64,000 nt of DNA from Nitrospirota bacterium (GTDB lineage: Bacteria > Nitrospirota > UBA9217). The stretch lies in NCBI GenBank assembly GCA_963740085.1, contig CAVUCU010000001.1, forward strand, positions 448,001 through 512,000. Direction: 5' to 3'. Each line of letters opens with the position of its first letter. The stretch's first letter is position 1. This document shows, one piece after another, positions 1 through 10,732 of the stretch. The position numbers and the translations under genes were made by a program. The notes beneath the pieces were generated by a model. That model ran no database searches. It saw only the letters and a program-made list of their open reading frames with translations, and was not told where the DNA came from.

Positions 1-1670
1 CTGCGATCCGCCGCGCCATGTCCTGTACCCTGATGGTCGAGGCGGCAACCGATTCACGCACCTGCTGGAACAGCCGGTACTCCAGGTCGAGGATCTTTTC
101 CTCTGCGCCGAGCACCTTGTCCTCATATTCCTTGAGCTCCGGCGTGATGAAACGTTCAGCGTTCGCAAGAGTCTGTTTACGGATAAAATCCTGCGGCACG
201 TTCGCAAGGTTGGTCTTCGTTACTTCGATATAATATCCGAAGACCCTGTTGTAACTTACCTTGAGCGAGTTGATGCCGGTGCGCTCGCGCTCGCGCAGCT
301 CGATACCCGCGATCCATCCCTTGCCTTCCGAGCTGATGGAGCGCAGATCATCGAGCTCGGTGTTGTATCCTTTTTTGATGAGTTTCCCCTCGCGTAACGT
401 ATAAGGAGGGTCGTCGTTGACGGCATTCTTCAATGAGCCGGGAGACTTCCAGGAGGCCGTCCCAGTCTTGAGCAAGAGCAGTGATAGATCGGGCATTGCA
501 ACCGATGAGCAGCTCATGGACCCTGGGCAGGGCGGTAAATGACTGTTTGAGTGCGAGCAGGTCCCGGGCATTTGCAGCGCCGAGAGAAACACGGCTGATC
601 AGCCGTTCGAGGTCATAGACCGGGGCGAGCGCTGTCATCAGGTTGGAGCGAAGCTGGTGGTCGTTCCTGAATTCCGCCACGGCGTCGAGCCGGCGTTCGA
701 TCTCCACCGCGCTCATCAGCGGGTTCAGGAGCCATTCACGAAGTTTTCTGCCGCCCATTGCCGTGACCGTGGAATCGAGCACGGAAAGCAGCGTGCCTTT
801 GGCCGATCCGTCGTAGATGTTCCTGACGAGCTCCAGGTTACGCTGGCATGACGCGTCGAGGACCATGTGTTCCCGGACGAGAAAAGGTTTGATGCGGCGT
901 ATGTTCGCGAGGCCGGTCTTCTGCGTCTCTTCGATATACCGGAGCGCCGCGCCCGCGGCCGAAATGCCGGACTTCATGCCGCTGCAGCCGAAACCCTCGA
1001 GCGAGGCGACTTTGAAATGGTCGAGCAGTGTTCGCAATGCGGTCGCGATGTCAAATGTCCAGTCGTCGCAGGTATTGATCGCCTGTGTGTATTGACGAAG
1101 CAGGGAAGAAAGGCCGGGGTCGGACTGATGGTCCCTGGGCAGCACGATCTCGCGCGGAGTGAACCGCGCGAGGACGGTATCGAGCTCAGCAAGGTTATCC
1201 GCGCCCGCGACCTCGGCAATGAAGAAATCGCCGGTTGAGATATCGAGAAAGGAAAGCCCGAAACCCTCCTTCGCCGGATACAGGGAAGCGAGGTAGTTGT
1301 TGTCCTTGGCTTCGAGCAGATTGGAATCGAGCACCGTCCCCGGCGTCACGACCCGGATCACCTCGCGCTTTACAATGCCTTTCGCGAGCCTCGGATCTTC
1401 CACCTGTTCGCAGATCGCGACCTTGAAGCCGCGCCGGATGAGCTTGGCGATATAGCCATCCACGGCGTGGTACGGGAAACCGCAGAGCGGCGTCTCGATC
1501 CCCTTGGACCGGTTCCTCGCCGTAAGCGTGATCTCGAGGACCTTCGAGGCGGTCACGGCGTCCTGGTCGAACATCTCGTAGAAATCGCCCATGCGGAAAA
1601 GCAGGATCGCGTCGAGGTGCTGGCGCTTGATCTCGCGGTATTGTTTCATGAGGGGGGTCAGATCGGTCAT
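1..1670 (-). CDS. mutS: DNA mismatch repair protein MutS (3' end beyond window; +1 frameshift near 429)
   Basis: N-terminus TPLMKQY...[10 protein letters not shown]; after ~429 another frame continues with MutS text ([12 protein letters not shown]...[11 protein letters not shown]...[11 protein letters not shown]) to the window edge. Confidence 0.97.
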
Positions 1671-1712
1671 GGGTTTCCAGGAGCAAGGATTGAGGGACTC
1701 GAAAAAATAGGA

Positions 1713-1802
1713 TTTAACCGCAGAGACGCAGAGGCGAACTAGAGAAAAATCCTTATCTAGTTTTAATATACGTTTTCCTTGTCTCCGCGTCTCCGCGGTA
1801 AA
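1713..1802. repeat. Intergenic hairpin element, CGCAGAG type
   Basis: tttaaccgcagagacgcagag ... ctccgcgtctccgcggtaaa imperfect inverted repeat around an AT-rich loop. Confidence 0.9.
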
Positions 1803-1805
1803 TAT

Positions 1806-2297
1806 TCAGTCTTTTAGCTTCTCAAAATACGGCCTCAGTCTGTCATACGTCCCGTCAAGCAGTTCCGGCATCACGCGGGTATCGTCAAAGACCGTGATAT
1901 AGCTGGAGTCGCCGGTCCAGCGGGGAACGATCTGAACATGGAGATGTTCGGGAATCCCCGCGCCGGCGGACTTTCCGATATTGATGCCGATATTGAAACC
2001 ATCGGGGTGCATGGCCTGCTTCAGGATCTTCACCGATGCCTGCGTCGTTTTCATCAGATCGGCAAGCTCCGCCTCGGGCAGCCGGTCGACCTCGGACTCA
2101 TGGGTAAAAGGGACAATGAGCAGGTGGCCGTTGTTGTAGGGATAGAGGTTCATGATGACAAAGGAATGCTTTCCGCGATGCAGGATATAGTTCTTGCGGT
2201 CGTCATCCTTCTTCGCTTCCTCGCAGAGGATGCACCCACCGGGTTTTTTAGAACCGAGGATATATTTCATACGCCATGGGGCCCAAAGTCTGTCCAT
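1806..2297 (-). CDS. HIT family hydrolase (Ap4A phosphorylase-like)
   Basis: MDRLWAPWR start, CILC, NLYPYNNGH and HLHVQIVPRW HIT-like motif. Confidence 0.92.
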   Translation of the reverse strand: MDRLWAPWRMKYILGSKKPGGCILCEEAKKDDDRKNYILHRGKHSFVIMNLYPYNNGHLLIVPFTHESEVDRLPEAELADLMKTTQASVKILKQAMHPDGFNIGINIGKSAGAGIPEHLHVQIVPRWTGDSSYITVFDDTRVMPELLDGTYDRLRPYFEKLKD

Positions 2298-2318
2298 ATT
2301 TTTTATACGCAATAAACC

Positions 2319-2434
2319 GAGGGATGACCGTTCACTTCGTTCACTAGGACGATGCACGAAAAGTCAATTGAATTTGAAGCCACCGTCCCTCGTCTCTCAT
2401 CCCTCGTCCGTCGTCCCTCGTCCCTCGTCCCTCG
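2319..2434. repeat. Heptamer-repeat palindrome (GGACGA / CGTCCCT x7) overlapping the udg 3' end
   Basis: Seven CGTCCCT-like units at 2384-2432; left arm contains cgttcacttcgttcactaggacga. Confidence 0.9.
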
Positions 2435-3188
2435 ATTTTTTTATTTTCTCCATCTCGGCAATGACTTTTTTAATATCATCCCAGACGAGCTTTTTGTCAG
2501 ACGGAGTTCTCAGCAGGTAAGCCGGGTGGAACGTGGGCATAAGGGGGATGCCTTGATAGGTCTTCCAGTTGCCGCGAAGCGAAGTGATCCCCTCTTTCGT
2601 CTTGAGCAGCGTCTTGACGGCGACATTGCCCAGACCGATGATGATCTGCGGGTTGATCGCCCGAAGTTGTTTGATGAGGAACGGTTCGCAGGCCCCGACC
2701 TCGTCCGGTTCGGGGTTCCGGTTGCCCGGCGGCCTGCATTTCACGATATTGCAGATGTAGACGTCCTCGCGCTTCAGCTGCATACCCTTGACAATGATGT
2801 CCGTCAGCAGTTGTCCGGCGGCGCCGACAAAAGGCCTTCCCTGCAGGTCTTCTTCCTGCCCCGGTCCCTCGCCCACAAATACGAGCGCGGCATTCGGGTT
2901 GCCTTCTCCGAAGACGATGTTCTTCCGGCCCTTGTGCAGCTTGCAGCGAATGCAATCGCCAAGCTCTTCGCGGACCGCGGCAAGTCCAGCGGCCCCCGAT
3001 GCGAAAGGTCTTTCTACTAATGCAGATGCTGTTTTTACAGGATCCACCTGTGCAGCAACGGGGGCTGTCGACCGGGGCACCCCCCGTAACGGCATCTCGA
3101 CGAAGCTCATTCCTAGCGCTCTTCGATACTCAAGATGCGCCCTGACCTGCTCAACGATCTCTAAAAATTCCCGCTGCATCTCATCCAT
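2397..3188 (-). CDS. Uracil-DNA glycosylase family 4
   Basis: CxxC, VGEGPG..ED..GRPFVG.AG, CRPPGNRNP and TFHPAYLLR motifs. Confidence 0.95.
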   Translation of the reverse strand: MDEMQREFLEIVEQVRAHLEYRRALGMSFVEMPLRGVPRSTAPVAAQVDPVKTASALVERPFASGAAGLAAVREELGDCIRCKLHKGRKNIVFGEGNPNAALVFVGEGPGQEEDLQGRPFVGAAGQLLTDIIVKGMQLKREDVYICNIVKCRPPGNRNPEPDEVGACEPFLIKQLRAINPQIIIGLGNVAVKTLLKTKEGITSLRGNWKTYQGIPLMPTFHPAYLLRTPSDKKLVWDDIKKVIAEMEKIKKSRDEGRGTTDEG

Positions 3189-3219
3189 GAAAATAGAACC
3201 CTTACCATTTCATATTTTT

Positions 3220-3250
3220 ACTCTGAACTCCCAACTCCCCACTCCGAACT
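3220..3250. repeat. Short heptamer tandem repeat (ACTCCSA-like x4)
   Basis: actctga actccca actcccc actccga act. Confidence 0.7.
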
Positions 3251-3254
3251 TTTT

Positions 3255-4106
3255 TTAATTCCCCCATTTCAACTTCGTCCTGAGTATCTCAAAATAGCTC
3301 TTGGTCGGGTGTTTGATCAGCTTTATCCTGAACTGGGATTTTTTGATCGCCACAACATCGTTGGGTTCAAGCGGGAACCCGATCTGTCCGTCAAGCGTAA
3401 GCGATACATCCTCGCTCAGCGAGGTGAGACATATCGTGACCACGGCGGTATCGGGCAGCGCGATAGGCCTGTTCGACAATGTATGTGGACAGATCGGCGT
3501 AAGCACAAAACAGTGGATCGTGGGATGAATGATCGGGCCTCCGGCAGAGAGCGAGTAGGCCGTGGAGCCCGTGGGCGTCGCCACGATCAATCCGTCCGCC
3601 CTGAGGGTGGTCAAATGTCCGTCGTTTACCGAGACCCGGAGTTCCATCATGCGCGCAAGCGCGCCCTTGTTGATCACCGCGTCGTTCAGCACCCGGTACT
3701 GCGCAATGCGCTTTCCCTGGCGGAGCACGCTTGCGGTCAGCATTATCCGGTCCTCGGTCCCGAGCTTTCCGGCAATGGCCTTCTCCAGATTGCCATAGAG
3801 CTCATCGAGCGATACCTCCGCCATGAAACCCAGGCTGCCCAGGTTGACGCCAAAGATCGGAACATCGGCATGGGCGTCCGCAACAAGCCGCGCCGCGGAC
3901 AGAAGCGTGCCGTCACCCCCGAGCACGATGATCATCTCAACGAGAGCCGGGATCTCCTCCGGATCATAACCCTGCATTTTGACAGCCGCGGCAGTCTCTC
4001 TGTCGATGAAGACCTTTTTGCCCCGCGCCTCAAGCCAGGAGGCCAGCTTCTTTGATGCCTTCTGCGCAGCGGGAATATCCTTGGCTATGATGCCGATCTT
4101 CTTCAT
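3255..4106 (-). CDS. nadK: NAD kinase
   Basis: GGDGT, GVNLGSLGF, ND and TPTGSTAYSLSAGGP motifs. Confidence 0.96.
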   Translation of the reverse strand: MKKIGIIAKDIPAAQKASKKLASWLEARGKKVFIDRETAAAVKMQGYDPEEIPALVEMIIVLGGDGTLLSAARLVADAHADVPIFGVNLGSLGFMAEVSLDELYGNLEKAIAGKLGTEDRIMLTASVLRQGKRIAQYRVLNDAVINKGALARMMELRVSVNDGHLTTLRADGLIVATPTGSTAYSLSAGGPIIHPTIHCFVLTPICPHTLSNRPIALPDTAVVTICLTSLSEDVSLTLDGQIGFPLEPNDVVAIKKSQFRIKLIKHPTKSYFEILRTKLKWGN

Positions 4107-4151
4107 GCTATTCCTTATTCAGTACAGAGACGGGGACCATAATTCTTTTTT

Positions 4152-4310
4152 AACAGGATGTTCAGGATAAACCAGGACTAACAACTTTCAGGAGAAAAGG
4201 GGGACATGGGAGAAATGGAGAAAAGGACGATAACTTATTTATGTTATTTATCCCCCTTTCGCCTCTCAATTCCCCATTTCTCCTGATTGTTCTTTTTGCG
4301 CCTCAGCGGT
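4152..4310. repeat. Composite of hairpin elements (CAGGAT half-arm, TCAGGAGAAA...TTTCTCCTGA hairpin, orphan right arm)
   Basis: caggat-like x3 at 4154-4178; inverted repeat 4188-4286; tttgcgcctcagcggt at 4295-4310. Confidence 0.7.
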
Positions 4311-4320
4311 CACAATCCCG

Positions 4321-4809
4321 TTATTCTCTCAACTGTTTTGTTCGATCCAGCTCCTGCTTCAATTCCTCCATCAGTTTCTCGTACCGTTCCCCTTCCGGGA
4401 GAAACCCGAGCTCACGGCTCTCTTCATCAAGAGCGGAGAGATAGACGCTCAAGCTCTCGACGGGCAATTCGTCCCCGGCCCGCTCGGCCCATTCAATGAC
4501 GGTCACGCCATCGGTTCCAATGTATTCGTCGAACCCGATGTGCTCCAGTTCCTCAGGTCCCTTGAGACGGTAGAGGTCCAGGTGATAGAACGGTACCCGT
4601 CCCTGGTACTCGTTCACGAAGGTGAAGGTCGGGCTCGTGATGTACGGCTCCTGCACATCCAATCCCCGGGCGATGCCGTAAGCGAGATTTGTTTTTCCGG
4701 TGCCGAGATCGCCGTATAAACAGACCGTATCGCCGGCATCGAGCAGCTTTCCGAGCAGCCGTCCGATCTCCCGGGTCTGCTCGGGGCTCGACGTGATCGC
4801 GCTGAACAT
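4321..4809 (-). CDS. tsaE: tRNA threonylcarbamoyladenosine biosynthesis ATPase TsaE
   Basis: GDLGTGKT, SPTFT, HLDLYRL, IEW motifs. Confidence 0.96.
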   Translation of the reverse strand: MFSAITSSPEQTREIGRLLGKLLDAGDTVCLYGDLGTGKTNLAYGIARGLDVQEPYITSPTFTFVNEYQGRVPFYHLDLYRLKGPEELEHIGFDEYIGTDGVTVIEWAERAGDELPVESLSVYLSALDEESRELGFLPEGERYEKLMEELKQELDRTKQLRE

Positions 4810-5267
4810 TACTCGGCCTGCCGTGCGACGGCCTTCACCATATCGCGCTTGCCCACGATGCCCACGACCTTGCCTGCCTTGAGCACCGGCAGCAAATGGA
4901 CCTTCTTCTCCGACATGAGGGTCGCGATATCTATGATGGTGGTGTCTTCCGCGATCGTGACCACCTTGCGGACGCAGATGTCACCCACCCGTGTGGCTGT
5001 CAGGCGTTTCACTTCCTGCTCGAATTTTTTTGAGCTTTCGAGATAAATGGCCGCGTCCAGGAAACTCACCACCGTGGGGATGTGAAGCCGTTTGTTCCGG
5101 CTGATGAGATCGTTCTCGGTCACCATGCCGTAGAGCGCGCCCGAGTCGTCAACGACCGGCACACCGCTGATCTCGTTCTTCACGAGCAGTGAAGAAAGCT
5201 CCTCAATGGTGGTATCGGGCTTGACGACCAGTACGTCCCTGGTCATGATATCTTTCGCAGTTAGCAT
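4809..5267 (-). CDS. CBS domain protein
   Basis: AKDIMT...ISGVPVVD...GMVTENDL; tandem CBS pair. Confidence 0.9.
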   Translation of the reverse strand: MLTAKDIMTRDVLVVKPDTTIEELSSLLVKNEISGVPVVDDSGALYGMVTENDLISRNKRLHIPTVVSFLDAAIYLESSKKFEQEVKRLTATRVGDICVRKVVTIAEDTTIIDIATLMSEKKVHLLPVLKAGKVVGIVGKRDMVKAVARQAE

Positions 5268-5330
5268 GGCAAAACCTCATTAAAAGTGATGAATTCCGAC
5301 GGACCCGTCGGAGGGGACAGATATCTCCAG

Positions 5331-6872
5331 CTATTCTATCGTTTCTTTAAAAGCTTGAGGAATTTTCTCGATCAGATCTCCTGCGATCATTGATGCTTCG
5401 CCCTTTTCCGCGGCCGCAAGGTCTCCCGCCCGGCCGTGCAGATAAACGCCGAGGCACGCCGCCTGACTTGCGCTGTATCCCTGCGCAAGGAGGCCGCCGA
5501 TCATACCGGTGAGCGCATCTCCGGTCCCGCCGGATGCCATGCCGGGATTTCCCGTGGAGTTGACGAACACCCATCCATGAGGGGTCGCGACCACCGTGGC
5601 AGCGCCCTTGAGCACGACCGTGACCCTGTGCTTCCTGGCAAATGCCGAGGCGATTTCGATCCTGTCCCTCTGTACGTCGGAGGATGATATGCCCAGCAGC
5701 CTTCCCATTTCACCCGGGTGCGGGGTCAGGATAAGAGACGCTTTTGCCCTCTTAAGGATATCCGTAAAGCCGACAAGCGCATTCAACCCGTCTGCGTCGA
5801 TCACCGCGGGGATCGAGAGTCGCTGGACAAGGCTCCGGACCGCCTGGACCGTCTCGTAGTGGGTTGAAAGGCCCGGACCGATCGCACAGGCGCTCATTTT
5901 TCCCATGGCCTTGAGCAGTTCCTCTTCTGCCCCGATCCCCAACGTCCCTTCGATGCTCTCCGCGGACGGGACAGCCATGGCTTCTGCGACCTGGGATTGG
6001 ATGATCGGAACAAGATTGTTCGGTACGGCTACGCTCACGAGCCCTGCACCCGCCCTGAGCGCTCCCCTCGCGGCCATGATCGCGGCCCCTGCCTTGCCCG
6101 GCGAACCGGCGACGATCATGAGATGGCCGAAGTCGCCTTTGTGCGCATCGGGAAGCCTGTTGCTGATCACGCCCCGGACGGAGCCCTGGTCCAGCAGGCT
6201 TACGGATATATGTTCCTTTTCCGAAACCTCCGGGGGAATCCCGAGGTCCGCAACCCGCACCGTGCCGGCGTAGTCCGCGCCCGGATAGAGCACGAGCCCG
6301 CGTTTCAGGAAGGCCATGGTCACCGTGAGGTCGGCCTTGATCGCCGCGCCCATGACCCCGCCCGTATCCGCGTCAATCCCCGTGGGAATGTCTATCGCGA
6401 CAACGGGACTGCCCGAGGTATTCATCATATCCACGGCCTGGGCATACCTGCCTTTCAAAGGGGATGACAACCCCACCCCAAGCATGGCGTCAACGAGAAC
6501 ATCCGACCATGCAATAATGTCCGCAAGCGAACGGGAAGACGCATTCTGCACGATCTCGACATCCGTCTTGCGAAGAATAGAGAGGTTGGCCTTTGCTTCT
6601 CCCTTGACCGCGCCGAAGGATGCCAGCAACGCGACCCGCACCGGTACGCCGTTGATCCTGAGCCGCCGCGCAAGCGCCAGGCCGTCGCCGCCGTTATTTC
6701 CCCTGCCGCAGATAATGCCGACCCTCACACCCTGAAGGCCGTCGAAGAACTTCTCCATCGCCGTCATGACAGCCGCCGCGGCATTCTCCATCAGGACCAT
6801 GCCGGGAATGCCGAAGACCCTGATCGCCCTGCGGTCGATGTTCTTCATTTGTTGTGTGGTGACAATTTTCAT
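5331..6872 (-). CDS. nnr: Bifunctional NAD(P)H-hydrate epimerase/dehydratase
   Basis: LMENA, GNNGGDG, HKGDFG, TPHPGEM and GGTGD motifs (YjeF N and C domains). Confidence 0.96.
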   Translation of the reverse strand: MKIVTTQQMKNIDRRAIRVFGIPGMVLMENAAAAVMTAMEKFFDGLQGVRVGIICGRGNNGGDGLALARRLRINGVPVRVALLASFGAVKGEAKANLSILRKTDVEIVQNASSRSLADIIAWSDVLVDAMLGVGLSSPLKGRYAQAVDMMNTSGSPVVAIDIPTGIDADTGGVMGAAIKADLTVTMAFLKRGLVLYPGADYAGTVRVADLGIPPEVSEKEHISVSLLDQGSVRGVISNRLPDAHKGDFGHLMIVAGSPGKAGAAIMAARGALRAGAGLVSVAVPNNLVPIIQSQVAEAMAVPSAESIEGTLGIGAEEELLKAMGKMSACAIGPGLSTHYETVQAVRSLVQRLSIPAVIDADGLNALVGFTDILKRAKASLILTPHPGEMGRLLGISSSDVQRDRIEIASAFARKHRVTVVLKGAATVVATPHGWVFVNSTGNPGMASGGTGDALTGMIGGLLAQGYSASQAACLGVYLHGRAGDLAAAEKGEASMIAGDLIEKIPQAFKETIE

Positions 6873-6894
6873 AATGTGATAATTCCGGTTTTTC

Positions 6895-7048
6895 GGCTGA
6901 AGGCTGAAGACTGACGTAATCTAAAAATCTTTCGCCTTCAGTCTAACCACCTTAGCCTCTCCACCTAATCCTTACCCTTCTACCTTCAGTCTAACCACCT
7001 TTAGTCTCTCCACCTGAATCCCTATCCTTCGGTCTTCAGCCTTCAGCC
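6895..7048. repeat. GGCTGAA/CTTCAGC palindromic element with internal direct repeat
   Basis: 17 bp perfect inverted repeat ggctgaaggctgaagac / gtcttcagccttcagcc; two ~47 bp internal copies starting ccttcagtctaaccacctt. Confidence 0.9.
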
Positions 7049-7055
7049 TAATCAA

Positions 7056-7460
7056 TCATCCATTCTCACCCGAGCCGGAGAATGCCGCTCCCACCAGCAC
7101 CACCTGCGCCACGGCATATCCTTCATCGTGCGAGTAGCTGAGGAGCACCTGTTTCACACCTCTGAGGTCCATGAGGTCCTTCACCCTGCCGGAGAGGTTT
7201 ACGGTCGGGCCGCCGCCTTCGCCGTGAAGCACCTCGATGTCCGTCCACTTTACGCCCGCGCTCCATCCCGTGCCGATGGCCTTGAGCACCGCTTCCTTGG
7301 CAGCGAATCTGCCGGCATAGTGCTGGGCGGGGAACTTTTGCCGGGAGCAATACTCGCGCTCCAGTTCCGTGAACACCCGCTCGAGAAAACCCGCGTGGTT
7401 CTTCCCTGCCTTGTCGATGCGGTCGATCTTCACCAGGTCAACTCCGATGCCGACTATCAT
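7056..7460 (-). CDS. acpS: Holo-ACP synthase
   Basis: GIGVDLV, RFAAKEAVLKAIGTG, SYSHD. Confidence 0.96.
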   Translation of the reverse strand: MIVGIGVDLVKIDRIDKAGKNHAGFLERVFTELEREYCSRQKFPAQHYAGRFAAKEAVLKAIGTGWSAGVKWTDIEVLHGEGGGPTVNLSGRVKDLMDLRGVKQVLLSYSHDEGYAVAQVVLVGAAFSGSGENG

Positions 7461-7503
7461 GGTTCCTCCCTGCCACAAATTTACAATTTCCAGTTATCAA
7501 TCA

Positions 7504-8220
7504 TCACTCTCCAATTAAAGCTTTCATCTCTTTCACCGCCCGGTCCAGCCCGACGAGCGCGGCCCGTGAGATAATGCTATGACCGATGTTCAGTTCCTCC
7601 ACCTCGGAAATGCGCGCTATCTTCCGAACATTCACATAGTTCAAGCCGTGTCCTGCGCCCACGCGGAGCCCCAGGCTCCCGGCGAGCTTCGCCGCCTCGC
7701 TGATCTTCACGAACTCGCGCTCGCGATCTTTTTCGGTCTTCGCGTTCGCATACGCGCCTGTGTGGATCTCCACCCAGTCCGCGCCGGACTTCCTGGCCGC
7801 CGAGACCTGCCTGTCATCGGGATCGACAAAGAGGCTGACAACGATGCCGCCTTGCTGGAGACCGCTTATAAACGATTTCATAAAATCGATCCGTGAGGCC
7901 ACCTCAAGACCGCCTTCGGTCGTGAGCTCTTCCCGCTTCTCCGGCACCAGCGTGGTGATGTTCGGTTTTACCTCGAGCGCTATGCGCTGCATTTCATCGG
8001 TCGCCGCCATCTCTAAGTTCAGTTTCGTCTGTATGGTCTCGCGCAGAAGCCGGAGATCCCGGTCCTGAACATGCCGCCTGTCCTCGCGCAGGTGCGCGAT
8101 AATGCCTTCCGCGCCCGCAAGCTCGGCGAGCAGAGCCGCCGCAACCGGATCGGGTTCGATGCCCTTTCGTGCCTCGCGTATCGTGGCAATGTGGTCGATA
8201 TTTACGGACAATCTGGGCAA
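7504..8220 (-). CDS. pdxJ: Pyridoxine 5'-phosphate synthase (TTG start after GGAGGT)
   Basis: [36 protein letters not shown]. Confidence 0.97.
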   Translation of the reverse strand: MPRLSVNIDHIATIREARKGIEPDPVAAALLAELAGAEGIIAHLREDRRHVQDRDLRLLRETIQTKLNLEMAATDEMQRIALEVKPNITTLVPEKREELTTEGGLEVASRIDFMKSFISGLQQGGIVVSLFVDPDDRQVSAARKSGADWVEIHTGAYANAKTEKDREREFVKISEAAKLAGSLGLRVGAGHGLNYVNVRKIARISEVEELNIGHSIISRAALVGLDRAVKEMKALIGE

Positions 8221-8341
8221 CTCAGCAGTACCTCCCGGACATGACAATTCGTGTTTTGATTCTATCATCTCTCCGCCAAAATATCCATTAAATTTGTTCG
8301 CAACAAAAGCGTTCGCGCGTACAAATCAACGGATTGCCGCC

Positions 8342-8370
8342 TTGACCCTGATCCGGGCCTCTGGTATATT
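8342..8370 (+). promoter_or_regulatory. Sigma70-type promoter
   Basis: TTGACC-N17-TATATT upstream of the gene at 8506. Confidence 0.55.
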
Positions 8371-8397
8371 TGCGGTATTGAAACGGCACACAAGCAA

Positions 8398-8466
8398 ACC
8401 ACAGAGAACACTGAGAAAATGAATATCGCATCTGATCTTTACAATTTACGCTGAGCTCTCTGTGGT
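8398..8466. repeat. Hairpin element, CACAGAG type
   Basis: accacagaga ... tctctgtggt, 10 bp perfect outer stem. Confidence 0.8.
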
Positions 8467-8505
8467 GATTTTTAAACGACAGGAAAAACCCAGGAGGTGG
8501 ACTGA

Positions 8506-9685
8506 ATGATCCGTCTCATGAAGACGTTTTGCATCGGTTTCCTTTTCGTTGCGGCAATTGCGCTCCCGGCGATCGCCCAGGAATCAAAGACCGTGACCGC
8601 CGAAGGCGTGGCCGCAATCCAGGGCAACGCACGTGATATCGCCCGCAATGCCGCGCTTGAGGATGCCCGGAAGCGTGCCGTGGAACAGGCGATCGGCCTC
8701 CTGATCGACTCGCAGACCCAGGTCGAGAACTACCGGCTCATCAGCGACAAGATCCTCTCGCAGGCCAAGGAGGTATATCACGCGGTACACTGTCGCGGGC
8801 GAGAACACTGACAGCGGCCTGCTGCGTGTCCGTATCAAGGCCGAAATCGCGCTCAGCCGGCTGAAAAACGATCTCTCGGGTATCGGCATCCGCCCTGGTC
8901 GCGTGTACAAGCCCCGGACCATGGTCATGATAGCGGAGCAGAACATCGGGCGCGACGTCACTGCGTGGTGGCTGGGAACCCATGGAGAGCAAACCGATGT
9001 CAGCGTGGTCGAGAACGCCTTCATGGATAAATTCAGGGAAAACGGGTTTGCATTCATCGACCATCAGATCGCGATAAAGAAGATCGAGGTGACCGGAGAT
9101 TACCGGACACCGGACCTCACGGAGGCCCAGGCCGTGACGCTTGCCGCCCGGGCGGGCGCCGAGGTCGTGATCATCGGGAAGGCAAGTACCAGGTTATACG
9201 GCGATATCGGCGGAGGGATGAAATCGGTACAGGCGGACCTTACCGCAAGGGCCGTTCGCATTGTTACGGGGCAGGTCATCGCTACAGCCACGACCCACGC
9301 CGCGGCGGTGCATATCTCCGGGATCGCTGCCGGGACCGCTGCACTCGATAAAGCGGCGAACCAGGCGGCCGAGGAGATGATCGGCAAGATCCTCGCGGTC
9401 TATTCCGGCGAAGCGGCAGGCACGCGGTCCGTGAACATCGCCATCGCCGGTCTGAACAAGACCCAGTTCGCGAAGTTCAAGGACGTGCTCCTGAAACAGG
9501 TGCAAGGCATCAAGGACCTTCATGAGAGGAGCTTCAACGGGACAACGGCAAGGATATCGGTAGACTCGAAGAACAGCACGCAGAAGCTCTCGGATGAGAT
9601 CTCCCTCAGGGACTTCGGCGTATTCTCCGTGGAAGTGGTGGGCTCGACAGCGAGCTCGCTTGAGTTGAAGGTAACGCCGAAGTAG
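8506..9685 (+). CDS. Secreted protein with FlgT N-terminal-like domain (frameshift near 8771)
   Basis: Signal peptide; V.AEG.A...AR..ALEDA.KRAVEQA motif; frames 8506-8811 and 8903-9685 join if one base near 8771 is removed. Confidence 0.7.
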
Positions 9686-9690
9686 AACCA

Positions 9691-9792
9691 ACGATGGACG
9701 ATGGACGATCGTTCGCTTCGCTCACTAGGACGACGGAGGCCGTATTTCACGATGGAAGCTTTTTCGTCCCTCGTCCCTCGTCTCTCGTCCCT
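9691..9792. repeat. Heptamer-repeat palindrome (GGACGAT / CGTCCCT) between convergent genes
   Basis: acgatggacgatggacgat-cgttcgcttcgctcactaggacga ... cgtccctcgtccctcgtctctcgtccct. Confidence 0.9.
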
Positions 9793-9794
9793 CC

Positions 9795-10694
9795 CTACCC
9801 CACCCCCACCATTCTCTTTGCCGAGATCACGGTATTCTTGAGCAGAATGGCGATGGTGACCGGTCCGACTCCGCCGGGGACCGGTGTGATCAATGACGCT
9901 TTTTTAAATACCGCGTCAAAATCAACATCTCCCACGATCGCGCCATCAGGCAAGATATTGATGCCGATGTCCACAACGACCGCACCCTCTTTCACCATGT
10001 CCGCCTTGATCAATCCCGGCCTGCCCGTGGCCGTGCAGAGAATATCAGCCTGTCTGGTCTCGCTGCCGAGGTCACGCGTCTCGCGATGGCAGACCGAGAC
10101 CGTCGCTTCCTTGACCAGCAGCATCATGGCAAGGGGCTTGCCTACCGCGAGGCTTTTTCCCACGATCACGGCCTTTTTCCCCTTCGGATCGATATTGTAG
10201 TACTCCAGCATCCGCATCACACCATAGGGCGTACAGGGCAGGAACGTGGACCTGACCGAAAGGGTGAATTTCGGCTCGAAAAGATATGCGGTCGATTCAT
10301 CCGCCGACAGACGGCCGACGGAAATAGCGCCCTGACCGTCCACGTCCTTCTCCGGAACGATGGCGTTCACGACCTTCCTGGTGTCGATATTTCGCGGCAG
10401 CGGCATGAAGACCAGGATGCCGTTCGCCCGCTCATCGTTGTTCAGCGTCTTGATGAGGTTTAATATCTCATTCAGGGATGAGGACGCGGGAAGGATGTGG
10501 TTGAACGTATCGATCCCCGCCCGGACCGCTGCGCTCTGGATCGCCTGGTAGTACGTGAACGATGACTTGTCCTCGCCCACCAGCAGGAGCGCAAGCCCTG
10601 CGCGAATGCCGTGCTGGGCCAGCCGGGATGTCTCCTCCCTGATCGCTGCGATAATTTTCGAGGAAAGTTCACCCCCGTGCATCAACTTCGCCAT
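9795..10694 (-). CDS. folD: FolD-family methylenetetrahydrofolate dehydrogenase (divergent active site)
   Basis: KDVDG, PCTP, VVDIGIN, GDVDF, ITPVPGGVGP. Confidence 0.88.
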   Translation of the reverse strand: MAKLMHGGELSSKIIAAIREETSRLAQHGIRAGLALLLVGEDKSSFTYYQAIQSAAVRAGIDTFNHILPASSSLNEILNLIKTLNNDERANGILVFMPLPRNIDTRKVVNAIVPEKDVDGQGAISVGRLSADESTAYLFEPKFTLSVRSTFLPCTPYGVMRMLEYYNIDPKGKKAVIVGKSLAVGKPLAMMLLVKEATVSVCHRETRDLGSETRQADILCTATGRPGLIKADMVKEGAVVVDIGINILPDGAIVGDVDFDAVFKKASLITPVPGGVGPVTIAILLKNTVISAKRMVGVG

Positions 10695-10732
10695 ATGGCC
10701 TCCTGTAAATTACCAGCGTAATGTTAAAAAAC

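Noticed and set aside
1713-1802. Hairpin elements as simple intrinsic terminators
   Set aside because: Loops of tens of nt, periodic imperfect arms, no consistent U-tract, and locations inside co-directional operons.
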